64,000 nucleotides of DNA. Source: Octopus vulgaris (lineage: Eukaryota). The stretch is taken from NCBI GenBank assembly GCA_951406725.2, contig OX597817.1, forward strand, positions 143,096,001-143,160,000. Reading direction: 5' to 3'. The translations under genes and the position numbers were made by a program. The notes under the pieces are model-generated. The model saw only the letters and a program-made list of their open reading frames with translations. It was not told where the DNA came from and did not search any database. Below are positions 27,013 through 40,599 of this stretch, piece by piece (the first letter of the stretch is position 1; every line of letters begins with the position of its first letter).

Positions 27013-27395
27013 TGGATCTCCGTCAGTTACGACGACGAGAGTCCCATTTGATCCAATCAACGGAACATCCTGCTCGTGGAATTAACGTGCAAGTGGCTGA
27101 GCACTCCACAGATACCTGTACTCTTAACGTAGTTCTTAGGGAGATTCAGCGTGACACAGTGTGTGGTAAGGCTGGCCCTTTTTGAAATATAGGTACAACA
27201 GAAACAGGAAGAAAGAGTGAAAGAAAGTTGTGATGAAAGAGTACAGCAGGGTTCGCCACCATCCATGCCGGAACGTCGTGGAGCTTTTAGGTGTTTTCGC
27301 TCAATAAACACTCACAACGCCCAGTCTGGGAATCGAAACCGCGATCCTATGACCGCGAGTCCGCTGCCCTAACCACTGGACCACTGTGTCTCCAC
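27013..27395 (-). mobile_element. tRNA-SINE (head H2 + tail T1)
   Basis: Head and body match 63555-63736; tail matches 13200-13378. Confidence 0.82.
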
Positions 27396-27399
27396 AATG

Positions 27400-27800
27400 A
27401 CCACCGCTACATCTTTCTACAAAACACTGACGCTCCTATGTCACTAAACACCAGACTTTCGCTCTCAAGGAATTTGACGAACGCCCTATTGTTTCACTCA
27501 ACGTCAGCAAATACTTCGCTAAGGATGAACAAGAAAAGCCTCGTATTAAAGCGTTCTGCCTATCGGCTTCGTACGTTTCTTGTTTGTTGAGTCAATTGCT
27601 CTCTGCCCGAAAGAGCTATCGTGATGTGTGCTGAATGCGGTCTGTCAGACGCACACTGGGTTCGACTCTGATGTACCCCAGGGTTCGGTTTTGTTCTCCT
27701 TACTCTTCCTCCTATGTATATCGACAGCTCACACGACGTTAGCATCAACAAACTCCATTCTGTTGCAGAAGGCACTCGCAATTTGTATGCAGGCAAGACA
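27400..27800 (+). mobile_element. Old LINE RT remnant (Jockey/CR1-group)
   Basis: ORF 27628-27822 has DVPQGSVLFSLLFLLCI, the RT GVPQGSVL motif. Confidence 0.6.
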
Positions 27801-28122
27801 TCTCAGAATGAATATTCGCTAACTACAAGAACAGAGATCTCGAAAACATCTGCTAATGGAGTAATAAAGATTTTGTTTTTTCAACAGCAAAAGAAAAAAA
27901 AAACTAAACAAAAATGAAAAAAAGACCTTATCACAGCTTGTGGAATTTTCCAAAAGTTAAACAACGAGGTATTTTATTGCACCGCCTGAAACAATAAATA
28001 TCCGTATGTTATGATTACATTTAGTCATAGCAATACCAATAACCACGTGTTAGGGCTCAGTACACTTATACTTTACAGTAAACCATCGGATTAGTACAGA
28101 AAATAATCTTAATTAATATATG

Positions 28123-28527
28123 AAGGCGGCGAGCTGGCAGAAACGTTAGCACGCCGGGCGAATGCTTAGCGGTATTTCGTCTGCCGTTACGTTCTGAGTT
28201 CAAATTCCGCCGAGGTCGACTTTGCCTTTCATCCTTTCGGGGTTGATAAATTAAGTACCAGTTACGCACTGGGGTCGATGTAATCGTTTGTCCTTGTTTG
28301 GCCCCTTGTGGACAATAAAGAAATAAGAATCGTTAGCACGCCGAGTATAAAGCTTAACAGCATTTCGTCCGTCTTGACGTTCTGAGTTCAAATCCCACTG
28401 AGATTCACTTTGCCTTTCGTCCTTTTGGGGTCGATAAAATAAGTACCAGTTGTGTACTGGGGTCGATGTAATCGACAAGTTCCCTCCCTCAAAATTTCTA
28501 CCCTAGTGTCAAAATTTGAAACCAATA
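28123..28527 (+). mobile_element. Two tandem SINE family B copies
   Basis: 28123-28328 starts AAGGCGGCGAGCTGGCAG and is followed directly by a second, head-truncated copy with the alternative tail. Confidence 0.88.
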
Positions 28528-28714
28528 TTAATAAATGAATGACAAAAGAACAGGACTTACGTAATCACTTTCATTAGCTTACAGCTGTTTCTAATTTAGA
28601 TAAGAGAGCGCCCAGACCTATGTGCCACTGCGACATGTGATTGTTTCTCCGGAGCTCATCTGTTGAAGACCTTCATCAACATATCTTTTCACACCTTTCG
28701 TCTTTTCCCTTTTA

Positions 28715-29045
28715 TCTTTTTAACTTGTTTCTGTCATGAGACTGCGGCCTTGCTGGGGCACCGCCTTGAAGTATTTTAGTCGAACGAACCAATGCAAGTA
28801 CATTTTTTAAAGCTTTGTATTTATTCGGCTACAAAGTTGCATGGACCTAAACCCACCAAAACGCACACATACGCGCGCGCGCGGGCTCGTCGGGCTATTT
28901 TCAGTTTCTGTCTACCAAATCCACTCACAAGGTTTTGGTCGGGCTGAGGCTATAGTAGAAAACAAGGTACCACTGCATGGGACTGAAAGCGGAACCATGT
29001 GGGTGGGGAAGCAAACTTCTTACCGCACAGCCACGCCTGCGCATG
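28715..29045 (-). mobile_element. SINE family A, internally deleted
   Basis: Tail GACTGCGGCC..CACCGCC and head CAAATCCACTCACAAGG..CACAGCCACGCCTGC. Confidence 0.75.
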
Positions 29046-29562
29046 TCCCTATTTTAATTTCTTAAATGGACTGACGCCTCCATCAACTCGAAATCTTATG
29101 ATTTATACTTGATGCCAACGTGTCATGGCGTTACGTTTACAATGCAGAAACAACAACACCAACAACCACAAAATCAAGAACAACAACTGCAGCAACAATA
29201 CGAACATTGAAAACATTTATGTCTTACTACTTGAGAATCATCTTATCCTGTCTCAAAAACCAACAAAATAAACTAGAAACGAACATATCAATGCGTTGAA
29301 TTAACAATTCAAGATGGATGCGTTCTTGGCTTATATAAAATTTATCGACATTACAGATTCATTTATTTCTCTCTCAGCCTAATTAGAACTGCAGAGACAT
29401 TAAGTTAATTATGTGAAATACATTATTTGTGAAACCTACTGAGTGAGGTGACTGGATGTGTAGGGTGTTTTACGACATGTAATGTGATGTTTGATGTGTT
29501 GGTGTTGGAAGTTCAAATCCAAACGGTTCACTGTAACTTTTTTCTGAGTCAATGAATTAAAT

Positions 29563-29772
29563 ATTGGTTTTGAATTTTAGGGCAAGGCCAGAAATTTCAG
29601 GAGCGAAGATAAGTCGATTACATCGACACTAGTACTCTGCTGGTATTTATTTTATCGACCCCGAACGGGATGTAAGACCTCAGTGGAATTTGAACTCAGA
29701 ATGTAAAGTCGGAAGAAACGCCGCTAAGCATTTTTTTCCGGCACGGTAACCATTCTTCTTATTCGCTGACTT
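29563..29772 (-). mobile_element. SINE family B, alternative-tail variant
   Basis: AGTCGATTACATCGAC..TTTATCGACCCCGAA..GGAATTTGAACTCAG. Confidence 0.75.
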
Positions 29773-30331
29773 GCTAACGAATAAAATCTTTAGGACCGCG
29801 AATTAAAAACTGATTTTAGAGCAATTAAAATAAATGTTTCCATAAACCTCAATAAGTTATTTTTCCTGTCTTGTCTCGAGTCCTGAAGTTCTTGCTGAAG
29901 TCGGAGAGGCGCTGTACAGGGAGACAATGTGTCTCGAGAACTTTTAGACTTGGCGGAGCCCATCCTCCTCTAGATCGCAGCTGATTCCTTTCCAAAGATG
30001 TGAGGGATGGAGAGAAGGAGGGAAAGAGAAAGTAGAGAGAAAGAGAAAAAGAGAGAGCGGTAGCTTGAAAGAAAACGCAGAATCTACCCCAGTACAGGAT
30101 TAGTATGCTATTTATCGACTCACTCGAAAAGGTAAAGTTGACCACGACAGGATTTGAATTTCGAGAAAATACGAAGTGTTGCTTTGGTATAATCTTATCA
30201 CATCTGTTACGCTCTCAGAAGATCGAGTCCCATAGATAGTTTTCGACTTTTTCTATTATTTTTATTCACTATTCTACTAATTATTTTTCATAGCCTTATT
30301 TACTCCGAGTGCGATACACGCATACATACGT

Positions 30332-30400
<69 letters not shown>

Positions 30401-30424
30401 TACATACATACATACATACACAAA

Positions 30425-30550
30425 GTGAAGGCTGGAGGGTATATAAGCCGAAACGTTGTGTTAACAACAAACAAGATGAGGACAAATATCCGTGAAATGT
30501 AAATAATATAAATAATGTACATAATTCCTCATCTCATAAATATAGAACTG
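30425..30550 (+). mobile_element. 5'-truncated PLE terminal repeat with partial hammerhead
   Basis: TGAAGGCTGG..AGCCGAAACGTTGTG..TATAGAACTG; same family as 48500-48660 and 53368-53649. Confidence 0.7.
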
Positions 30551-30624
30551 CATTAAAGCGAAGGAGATCTGATAAGGTTGTTATTCACAGCTGCTTCGAT
30601 AACATTAGAAATAGTGAAGTGAAG

Positions 30625-30935
30625 AACGTGATTTAGTGATTAGGACGTGCGGCTCACGATCACAAGGTTTCGATTCACGGTGGTGCATTGAGTCCTTGGG
30701 CAAGACATTCTATTTCACGTTGCTCCAGTCTACTCAGCTGGTAAAAATGAGCAGTACCTGTAATTCAAAAGGGCCAACCTTGTCACATTCGGAGTGTAAC
30801 GCTGAATCGCCCTGAGGCCTATGTTAAATGTGCACGTGTCTATGGAGTGCTCAGCCACTTGCACGTTAACTTCACGAGCAGGCTGTTCCGTTGATCGGAT
30901 CGACTGGAGCACTCGTCGTAACCGACGGAGTGCCA
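30625..30935 (+). mobile_element. tRNA-SINE (H1 + T1)
   Basis: Paralog of 13059-13378. Confidence 0.85.
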
Positions 30936-31068
30936 ATAGAAATAGTGGAAGAAGTGAATGCTATAAGACGGTGGATGGCAACGTAAGAGGTATGACCTTC
31001 TTTGAGAATGAGATATACTGTGGCTTGCTCTTAAAGATTAGAATATATGCCTGTGGAGACAGAAATGG

Positions 31069-31099
<31 letters not shown>

Positions 31100-31129
31100 A
31101 GAGAGAGACAGACAGAGATTGATGAGATA

Positions 31130-31670
31130 GCTGAGTATGAGTGCCAGCTCTATATAGCACATTCTTTGAAGGGAAGAGTGACCATGTTGTATGAGACCCT
31201 TTTTTGTTTTTGTAAGGATCGGTGATTTCCTTCTAAATGTTTTAATCCATATTTTCGCTTGAGCCGCTGAAATACAGCCAAGTAAACTAAATGGAGCAAT
31301 TAGGGCCGTGAGATTTTGTTGAGTGTAACATGTGAAGGATAATGCCTTCGATAATGTTATCAAGTTCTCACTGTTTCTAGTAGGTTAGTGCGTCGACCCA
31401 TGTGTTTGCCAGTGATGGGATAAAACTGGCAAGGAACCAATCAATCAGCTGACACGAAAGACCATAAGATCTTAGAGACGGGGCCGGAGTATAGTGTATT
31501 AAAACAGTATAAGGGTGTGTGATGGGTGGTCACAATAAGGCAATGGTCGAGCGACCTGTTAGATGCTAAAGCAGTTGTGGTGATGTAGTGGCCGGGTCGG
31601 GAGGTGAGATGGAGATCAAAGGTGTTAGAGGCGTCTCTGTGTCTGTCAGGCTGCGTAGAGAGGATGAAAC
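31130..31670 (-). mobile_element. Old LINE APE-endonuclease remnant
   Basis: ORF 31441-31674: NTFDLHLTSRP..SLDHCLI..LWSFVSAD, resembling the TLDL/SDH/W..ADW end of the EN domain. Confidence 0.6.
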
Positions 31671-32354
31671 ACATGCATATAGCACTATATCTGAATATAT
31701 AAGTATGTCTGTGTATGTGTGTGTGTATGTGTTTGTGTGTGCGTGGTTGTGTTTATGTGAAAGTATGTATATGTGTATGTGCCTATGTATGTGTGTCTGT
31801 ACGCTTGTCTGTGTGTGTAGTGTTAAAATATTAGTCGGAGTATATCCCATTGTTCCGACCAAATAAACGTATCTGTCTTCATTGAATCCAGTGTAGATGT
31901 TGGTTCCTTCCATTGATAGCTTTCTGGTAATTTCTGCTAGGCTTGTAATTCCGACGCCAAAGACAATAAAACAATAATTGCTTCCTCCACCCTTCATACA
32001 TTTAGTTCTGATCTGATGTAAGCAGCCGAATGCCAAAGACACACACACACAAAGACAGACGTCAATCAATCATACACACGAACACAGATATGTATGTATG
32101 TATGTATGTAGGTATGTATGCATGTATGTATGTATATATGTATGTATGTATTATGTATGTATGTATGTATGTATGTATATATGTATGTATGTATGCATGT
32201 ATGTATGCATGTATGTATGCATGTGTGTATGAATGTATGTATGTATTATGTATGTATGTATGTATGCATGTATGTGTGTATGTATGTATATATGTATGTA
32301 TGTATTTATCAATGTATATATGTATGTATGCATGTATGTATGTATGTATATATG

Positions 32355-32388
<34 letters not shown>

Positions 32389-32758
32389 TGTATTTATGTA
32401 TGTATGTATGTATAGTCATCACTCTCTCACATACTAACACATACACTTCTAATACATATCTATTAAAACCCAATAAATAAATAAATAAATAACTCGAGAT
32501 ATTTTGATCTGACGTAGGAATTATCTGGATTCCTCGTTCCTCAGAAACATCGACTGCCCCGTTCCATTCCCCAAGGGTAATATTGCAGTAATTTTCAGTG
32601 GAAAACTTTGTTTCTCCCAAATGTATATCATTTCTAATAGAACATCAATCATTATAGAACCTCGTTTGTACACGACCCTATCTTTTAACCTGTTTTCTGC
32701 TGGGTTTCGATATTTCTCTACTCTCACCACTACCCTCTATCTCTCACCTCCTCTCTCT

Positions 32759-32846
<88 letters not shown>

Positions 32847-33333
32847 ACTCAGTGCTCACTAACTTCTCACATAAATTGATTCGTCTAATGTTTTCTGACG
32901 CAGCTTGTCGGCACACTTTTCCATCGCTGCCAGTCTTACAAGTAAAATATATTCCGTCAGAGAAAAGATCAAATCCAATTTTGTACATTTTCTTCAAATG
33001 TTTATACTTGTTATTGTGTTTGTATCTAATTTTTCTATCGGTTTTCTTTTTCGATTCCTACTTATTTCTCTATTTGTAGTGCATTGTATACATCTTTTGA
33101 AGTATACGCACACACACACACACACATATATGTGTGTGTGTGTGCGTGTGTATTTGCTGTCTGTTTAGATGTCGACTCATGAATATATATTACATTATAT
33201 ATACTGGCATATGTACATGCTTGAATGTGTTTCTGTGAATATACATTTGATTTCATATGTATATACACACACGATCACATGTATATATTATTCAGTGTGT
33301 ATTATATTAGTAAATTATAAATATGTATGTAGT

Positions 33334-33423
<90 letters not shown>

Positions 33424-33592
33424 TGTATGTATGTATGTATGTATGTATGTATGCATGTATGTATATGTGTATATATATATATATAGATAGATAGATAAAT
33501 AGATAGATAGATAACACATACAACCATACATACATGCCTACATATTTAGGTACATACATACTTATATATTGCCATGCAAATATACGTGTGTG

Positions 33593-33630
<38 letters not shown>

Positions 33631-33635
<5 letters not shown>

Positions 33636-34279
33636 TAAAAAACAAAATATATGCATACATACATACATATATGTACGTACCTACATCTACATGTATATAT
33701 ACATGCATATATAAATATATATACGTGAGTACAGGACACCACGTAGAACTCAACAAGAAACGAAAACGTAAAAACAAACATGGAAACGGACCTTTTTTAA
33801 CAACGAAAAAACAGAGTACAAGACAAACTACACAAGGAAAATTCCCCTTCATCAGCTCTCCCTAGTTCAACTCCAGCGTGTTTCGAAGGTGAGGGCAGAA
33901 CACGACTCGTCGAACTAGCCCTTCCTGCGAAAGAATTAAATAAAATTACTTCGCAGAGGGGTAAAAACAAGGAAAGAAAAAAATGTGACAAAACCAGGAC
34001 GTAAAAACGATACAAATAAAATTACAAAATAAAATACAAAATAAAATACAAAATAAAAATAGAATTACAAAAAATACAGTACAAGAAATAAAAACAAACA
34101 ATGAGGGCCTTTTTTTTTGCCTAGACGAGGAAAGATTCTTAAGAGCGCAGGAAGAACGTGTGTTCACTGTTAGGAGGCCGCAGGCGAAAGGAAGTAGTCG
34201 CCCGGCTGTGTGAGAGATGAGGAGGAGTGAGAAAGAGAAAGATAGAGGAAGACAAGCGGCTGTGAGAGAGATTAGAAGT

Positions 34280-34327
<48 letters not shown>

Positions 34328-34601
34328 GGAAAGAAGGGAAGGTCAAGCAAAGGGTTATAGAGTTTCGCGTCATAATTATATATAAAAACTTACTTGGAGG
34401 AAACGAAATCGAATCGACGCGAGGGCGCTCAGTCATACAATAGTGTAAAAAATAAAATATATGCATACATACATACATATATGTACGTACCTACATCTAC
34501 ATGTATATATATATGCATATATAAATATATATACGTGAGTACAGGACACCACAAATAGACATAGAACTCAACGAGAAACGAAAACGTAAAAACAAACATG
34601 G
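33631..34601 (-). mobile_element. Non-coding element bounded by direct repeats of about 155 bp (PLE pseudo-LTR / retrozyme-like)
   Basis: 33631-33783 is repeated at 34441-34601 (period 810). GAAA and CTGATGA boxes on - strand at 33845-33889; flanked by (TA)n/(TACA)n. Confidence 0.6.
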
Positions 34602-34639
34602 GAACATATACACATACATACATACATATACATACATAC

Positions 34640-34672
<33 letters not shown>

Positions 34673-34674
34673 CA

Positions 34675-34766
<92 letters not shown>

Positions 34767-34819
34767 TATATATACATACATACATATTTTTTCGTATGCT
34801 AATATGCATGTATATGTAA

Positions 34820-35260
34820 TAAGGCAGCGATCAAGCAGGCAAAATGCGTAACGACAGTATTTTGTCCGTCTTTGCAGTCTGAGTTCAAATTCCGCCGTAA
34901 TCGACTTTGCCTTTCATTTTTTAGGAGCTCGATAAAATAAATACCAGTTGATCACTGGAGGCGATGTAATTGGCTTACACCCTCCGCCAAAATTGCTGGC
35001 TTTTTGCAAAATTTTGAAACCAATGTATATGAGGGCATTGAGCTGGAAGAATCGTTAACACACCAGACAAAAGGCTTAGCGGTATTTCGTCCTTCTGTAC
35101 GTTCTGAGTTCAAATTCCGCTGAGGTCAACTTTACCCATCGTCCTTTCGGAGTCGATGGCCCAGGAAATATATATCAGTTGAGTACAGGGGTCGATGTAA
35201 TAAACAAATCCCTCCCCCCCAAATAATTTCAGGTATTGCGCCTACAGTAGAATGGATTAA
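34820..35260 (+). mobile_element. Two tandem older SINE family B copies
   Basis: Two TCTGAGTTCAAATTCCGC bodies with alternative tails. Confidence 0.8.
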
Positions 35261-35553
35261 TAATATGTGTGCATATATGTATGTGTGCATATATGTATGT
35301 GTGCATGTATGTATAAATGTGTGTGCACGTGTGTGTGTGTGTGTGTGCATATGTGTATGCGTGTGTTACTGTATTATGAGCGTTTGTGTGTAATAGATTT
35401 TTATGGTTTGTTTAAACAGAGCATGTTTCTCTCAGTTTGAGTTTCACGCTATAGCAATCATTAAGCGAGAACGTATTTGCTTCACTATCGCGAAGGTGAA
35501 AAGGAAACGAGTATCTTGGAGTAACGATTTCTGAAGTTTCAACTTCCAATCAT

Positions 35554-35751
35554 AGGCGCAGGCATGGCTGTGTGGTAAGTAGCTTGCTTACCAACCACAT
35601 GGTTCTGGATTCAGTCCTACTGCGTGGCATCTTGTGCAAGTGTCTTCTACTATAGCCTCGGGCTGACCAAAGCCTTGTGAGTGGATTTCGTAGACGGAAA
35701 CTGAAAAGAAATCCGTCGTATATATATATATATTCGACTGGTTTCTCTCTC

Positions 35752-35831
<80 letters not shown>

Positions 35832-36050
35832 TGTGTGTGTATGCATATGTGTGTGTATGTTTGTGTGTCTGTGTCTGTCCCCCACCATCGCTTGACAACC
35901 GATGGTGGTGTGTTTACGTACCCGTATCTTAGCCGTTCGGCAAAGAGACCGATAGGCTTACAAAGAATAAGTTCTGGGGTCGATGTGTTCGACTAAAGGC
36001 GGTGCTCCAGCCGGGCCGCAGTCAATTGACTGAAACAAATAATAGAATAA
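35554..36050 (+). mobile_element. SINE family A
   Basis: Matches 20413-20810. Confidence 0.88.
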
Positions 36051-36716
36051 AATACATAATGTACAACTCTACATTTAGTAATGTGCACTGTCTTTTCCCT
36101 TTACGTGTACATGTGTGTTCAAGTATTCAAGTGTGTGTGTGTATATATATCTTATAAGATTGTGAGGCCGCCTGGCCTTATGGTTAGAGTGTTGCACTAA
36201 CGATCGCTAGATCGGTGTTTCAATACCTAGACACTTCATCTCTAGTTGTTCTGCAATCACTCCATCAACTGACGCGTGGTTCAACGTGCGCCCGTACTGG
36301 CAATGTTGATTTGGTGGAGCGATTGAACTAATGTACACCACATACATTTGGCTACTATGAATAAATCATTTGTACAGGTTACTCAGTAAGAGATTGCAAA
36401 GTCATTTTCTCGCATCACGTGAGACTAACGTCATTCTTATAATTAAAAAAGGCGTATAAATTTCGACCAATTTGCATCCATCTTTACAATCTTCAAAATT
36501 CAACAAGAATTAAATTGGTGATAGGAGGAAGACAACAAAACATAAAACTTTTCAAATTATAAATATAAAGCAGAAAGATATTCGAGGCGATGAAAATTCG
36601 ATTTCCGAAATGTCTAAGATATTGAAGAGATATCTCATATTTGCCAACTCTTTATGAGAAATTTATTAAAATAGAAAAACCTCATCCCTTAGTCTTCGAA
36701 TCGTAATATATATATA

Positions 36717-37562
36717 CTAGCAGAATTGCCCAGCGTTGCTCGGGGCTGAATTGCTTGAAAGTACTGTTAATGATTGCACTGAATTATGATGATTATTCAG
36801 GCAAATATTGATATAAGTTTACGGTGGGAGATAAGGACTTAACGATCAAACGTGTGCCATTGCATTGTTTTGGGGGAACCAAATTTCTGATGAGCATTAT
36901 AGGGGCACCAACTTTAAGTTTGAGAAAGTGTGGTGGTAGTCCGGGGTGCTCCAAGAAATTGAGTACTTCTATTGGATAGTTGATGACGTCCTCTGGGTCA
37001 GGAGTTGTATCGATAGACTGATATACATAGACTTCCCCAGGAATGAGTTTTAGCATTTCATCATTAATATGGTGAACAGTTTTATTCCTCGGGGCCAGTA
37101 TAGCCTTTTTGCCAATCCAATCCATATTCTGATAATTAGCTTGTAGATCTGGGAACACTGCATCTCTGAGATCAGAAGGCGTCTTAACAATGGTACAAAT
37201 GGAATCGATGGCAATATTACCATTTTCATCCCCTGGTATTTTGCCTTCGCCAAGTGCAAGGAGGGTGTGAGGAAATGTTGCTGATGTGATATTACGTCGC
37301 ATATGAGCACGCATATTGGTGTGAAATTTGAGAGTTACTTCCCTTTATTTAAAAAAATATGCATTAAAATGGAAAAAGATGATGGTAAATTATTTATAAA
37401 ATCATAGACTCATCGTAGACGCGCGCTAATACCCAGAAGGGCTCGATATGAATCACGACTATAAGATACCCGGTATTGGTTAAACTGCATCGCAAAATGT
37501 GGGAGTAGTTAGGAATCTAAATCGGAGTAGACAGACACACAACCTTTCTTTTATATATAAAT
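36717..37562 (-). mobile_element. Non-autonomous Helitron retaining a PIF1 helicase fragment
   Basis: On - strand: 3' hairpin CCCGAGCAACGCTGGG then CTAG|T; 5' end A|TTTATATATAAAAG, a degenerate TC start. Confidence 0.88.
36793..37314 (-). pseudogene. Helitron RepHel PIF1-helicase fragment
   Basis: AILAPRN..INDEML, GLPPHFLKLKVGAPIMLIRNL..CNGTRL motifs. Confidence 0.88.
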
Positions 37563-38075
37563 ATTTTCGTCCTAAAAAACTTTGTATGGATTGAATGGTT
37601 ACCTCTATGGAAATATATACACGCACATTATACATACATGTGTGTATAGATGAATATATAAATACATTTAAATATCTATATACACTTTTGGGCGATCTTT
37701 CTGTTTCTTAGAGATAACTTTAGATCTTATTTTCGTCCTAAAAAACTTTGTATGGAGTGAATGGTTACCTCTATGGAAATATATACACACACGTTATACA
37801 TACATGTGTGCATAGATGAATATATAAATGCATTTATATATCTATATACACTTTTGGGCGATCTTTGTGCTACTTAGAGATAACTTTAGATCTTATTTTC
37901 GTCCCCAAAAACTTTGTGCGGAGTGAATGGTTACGTCTATGGAAATATATACACACACATTATACATACATCTGTGTATAGATGAATATATAAATACATT
38001 TAAATATCTATATACACTTTTGGGCGATCTTTCTGCTACTTGGATATAGGTCTTATATTCGTCCTAAAAAACTTT
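37562..38075. repeat. 166-bp tandem repeat, about 3.1 units
   Basis: TATTTTCGTCC..AAAAACTTT starts at 37562, 37728 and 37894, with a partial unit near 38054. Confidence 0.92.
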
Positions 38076-38299
38076 CCTGTCACACACTCACGCACACGCA
38101 CACACACACACGCACCCTCACACACACACACACGCACACACACACTCACACACACGCACACACACACGTTAGCTTACAATTTTATTTATATATTTGCGTG
38201 TCTATGTGTGTAAAGAGGAAGTGGGAATGCAGAGTGAAAGAGTCACTCACTACAAAAAGTGAATTACTTTCACTTTATTCGTTGCACACTGTGTGTGTG

Positions 38300-38534
38300 C
38301 GTGTGCGTGTGCTGTAGCCCACACTAAGAAAAGCATTTGACTTATACACCACAATATGAGTTTTCTGTAAATTTTGCTTAATTGGAGTTGAAATTTTAAA
38401 AAGTGGACCTGGCAAGACCCGATGCATTCTACTCTTAAAAATGCTAGGTAAATTGTAATTGAAGAAATCCTATATTGTAGATTTCTATAAGAGACAAAGG
38501 GAGGCAGATAAAATCTGCCTTTTATAATAAGAGA
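38300..38534 (-). mobile_element. 5' end of a second Helitron
   Basis: A|TCTCTTATTATAAAAGGCAG on - strand, a canonical TC 5' terminus after A. Confidence 0.55.
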
Positions 38535-38743
38535 TATGAATGGAACAGTGCCGACACGCGTGAACATTCTAAAAAGATGAAACCAAATTGATCCAGGAGA
38601 GGGGTTTTTTTTGGTTTGTTTTTTCATATACTTTTCTCTTCGAAAATATTATTCTCTACTTTGCAATCTGTCTTACAAATGGAAAATACATTTAATATAC
38701 ATTGTGTCTATATTTATATTATCAAACAGATAGACAGCCTGAA

Positions 38744-38879
<136 letters not shown>

Positions 38880-38933
38880 GCATTATACGCATGTGAGTAT
38901 ATTTCCTTCTACATTCAATTATTAGAAATGTTT

Positions 38934-39169
38934 AAGGCGGCGAGCTGGCAGAAACGTTAGAACGCCGGGCGAAATGCGTAGCCGTATTTCGTCAGTCGTT
39001 ACGTTCTGAGTTCAAATTCCGCCGAGGTCGACTTTGCCTTTCATCCTTTCAGGTCCGATAAATTAAGTACCAGTTACGCACTGGGATCGATGTATTCGAC
39101 TTAATCCCTTTGTCTGTCCTTGTTTGTTCCCTCTATGTTTAGCCCTTGTGGGCAATAAAGAAATAAGAA
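38934..39169 (+). mobile_element. Full-length SINE family B (reference copy)
   Basis: AAGGCGGCGAGCTGGCAG head, GAGTTCAAATTCC B-box, tail TGTGGGCAATAAAGAAATAAG; AGAAATG occurs near both ends (possible TSD). Confidence 0.92.
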
Positions 39170-39539
39170 ATGATTTTTGTAACGGATTGGTTTCTGACAA
39201 AAATACAAATCTTCTTCGTTGGAATGGAGGCAACAAAAGCAATATCGTATGTTGAATTTGAGAAAAGTCTTGCAAACTTTTACTATTCCTCTTACGAATT
39301 CTATTTGTAACATAAGCGTTGCCTCTTTCTCTTTGATTATCGAAATGATTTCACACCAATGGGGTAGCTGACCTCTATCACGATACATGCTTTTTCTTGT
39401 TTGTCTCGAACAACTATAGCCTGCGTCGTATTATATTTGACAGAAGGTTTAATAAGAATGTTCCACTAATATTCCTTGTGTTGGGAGGCGTTATGTATTC
39501 AATAACAAAATTTGGGTAGTGTATGTTCGTCGGATTGAA

Positions 39540-40215
39540 CATGACGGAGAAAGTTGGCAGAGAATCTGCATAAAATTTTGCCAAAAGCTTGGCAATACCT
39601 GCTCAGAGGACTACGCATGGGTTTTCAAAAAGTTTTCATTGTTCTCGATGCAAATAAGGTGATCTTGTGCAACTGAAACCCGAGTGTCTTTTTGGTCAGC
39701 TGAAAGCAGTTTTGGCACAAACTAGGCAGATACGCGTCTCATACCCAAATCTTCAGTGATAATGGACTGAAATGAACTGTAAGTAATCTGCACATTCCCT
39801 GATAACTCATGGATGGTGATTCGACGATTTCCCCTCACAGCTGCGAAGTTTTTCTCAGATCTGCTGGTTGCGTGTCTCCCAGAATGTTCGTCAATATCGA
39901 CATTTTTTCGGTGATCTTAGAAACGTCTGGACCACTCGTACGCTTGTGCGCGGCTCATACACTCCTCTCCATACACTTTCTGCAAATTTGCGTCAGCCTC
40001 TGATTAGGTAACTCCATGACAACTTTCTCTGTTGTGGTCAATGCGATGTTCACGCGTTACACACGTTACTTCGAAGCAGCCGAAGCGAGCTAGAACGTTT
40101 AAACATAGTGCACGTGCCCAGCATAGATCAAGGTCAATATGTGCTAAGTGGCTTTACTCTGTGTGTTTTAGCTTCGTTACTATGGCAACCGTCCGGAGAC
40201 TTATTGATCAGACGA
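39540..40215 (-). mobile_element. Mariner remnant with two transposase 5' ends in inverted orientation
   Basis: - strand LQKVYGEECMSR..LGMRRVSA.FVPKLL; + strand MTEKV..RICIKFCQKLG at 39541; TIR-like CCGGAGACTTATTGATCAGAC near 40193-40213. Confidence 0.75.
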
Positions 40216-40599
40216 CCAATTTCGCAGTCGTTTCGCAGCCAACACCATTGAAGATAATTTTTCGTTTGTGTATACTGGAGTAGACTGTTGATGTGAAGAG
40301 CTAGCTTTCTATACCTGCATTTGTTTGTAAAATGTACAGTTGTACTATACAATTTATAAGGTACACACTAGTGCAGGCGCGTAGAATAATTTCTTATGTA
40401 TGAATGTGTGTATATATAAGTACGTATGTATAGATGGATGGATGTAAATATATATATATATACGTGTGTATGTATATATATGTATGTATATATGTATGTA
40501 TGTTTGCATGCATGCATGTATGTGTATATATATGTGTGTGTGTGTATGAGTGTGCGTGTGTGTGTGTGTGCGTATGTGTGTCTGTGTGTAAGTATGTAT

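Noticed and set aside
28570-28690. Hammerhead from GAAACAGCTGTA (- strand; also near 47900)
   Set aside because: Only one core box is clear and no stem II can be drawn.
31860-32720. Possible host exons on the - strand
   Set aside because: No convincing splice pairs or recognisable protein; weak resemblance to decayed PLE and CR1 sequence instead. Small host exons in the window cannot be excluded.
36793-37314. Host PIF1 gene
   Set aside because: Partial domain bounded by Helitron termini.
37562-38075. CRISPR-like array
   Set aside because: Whole units repeat with no unique spacers; eukaryotic context and no cas genes.
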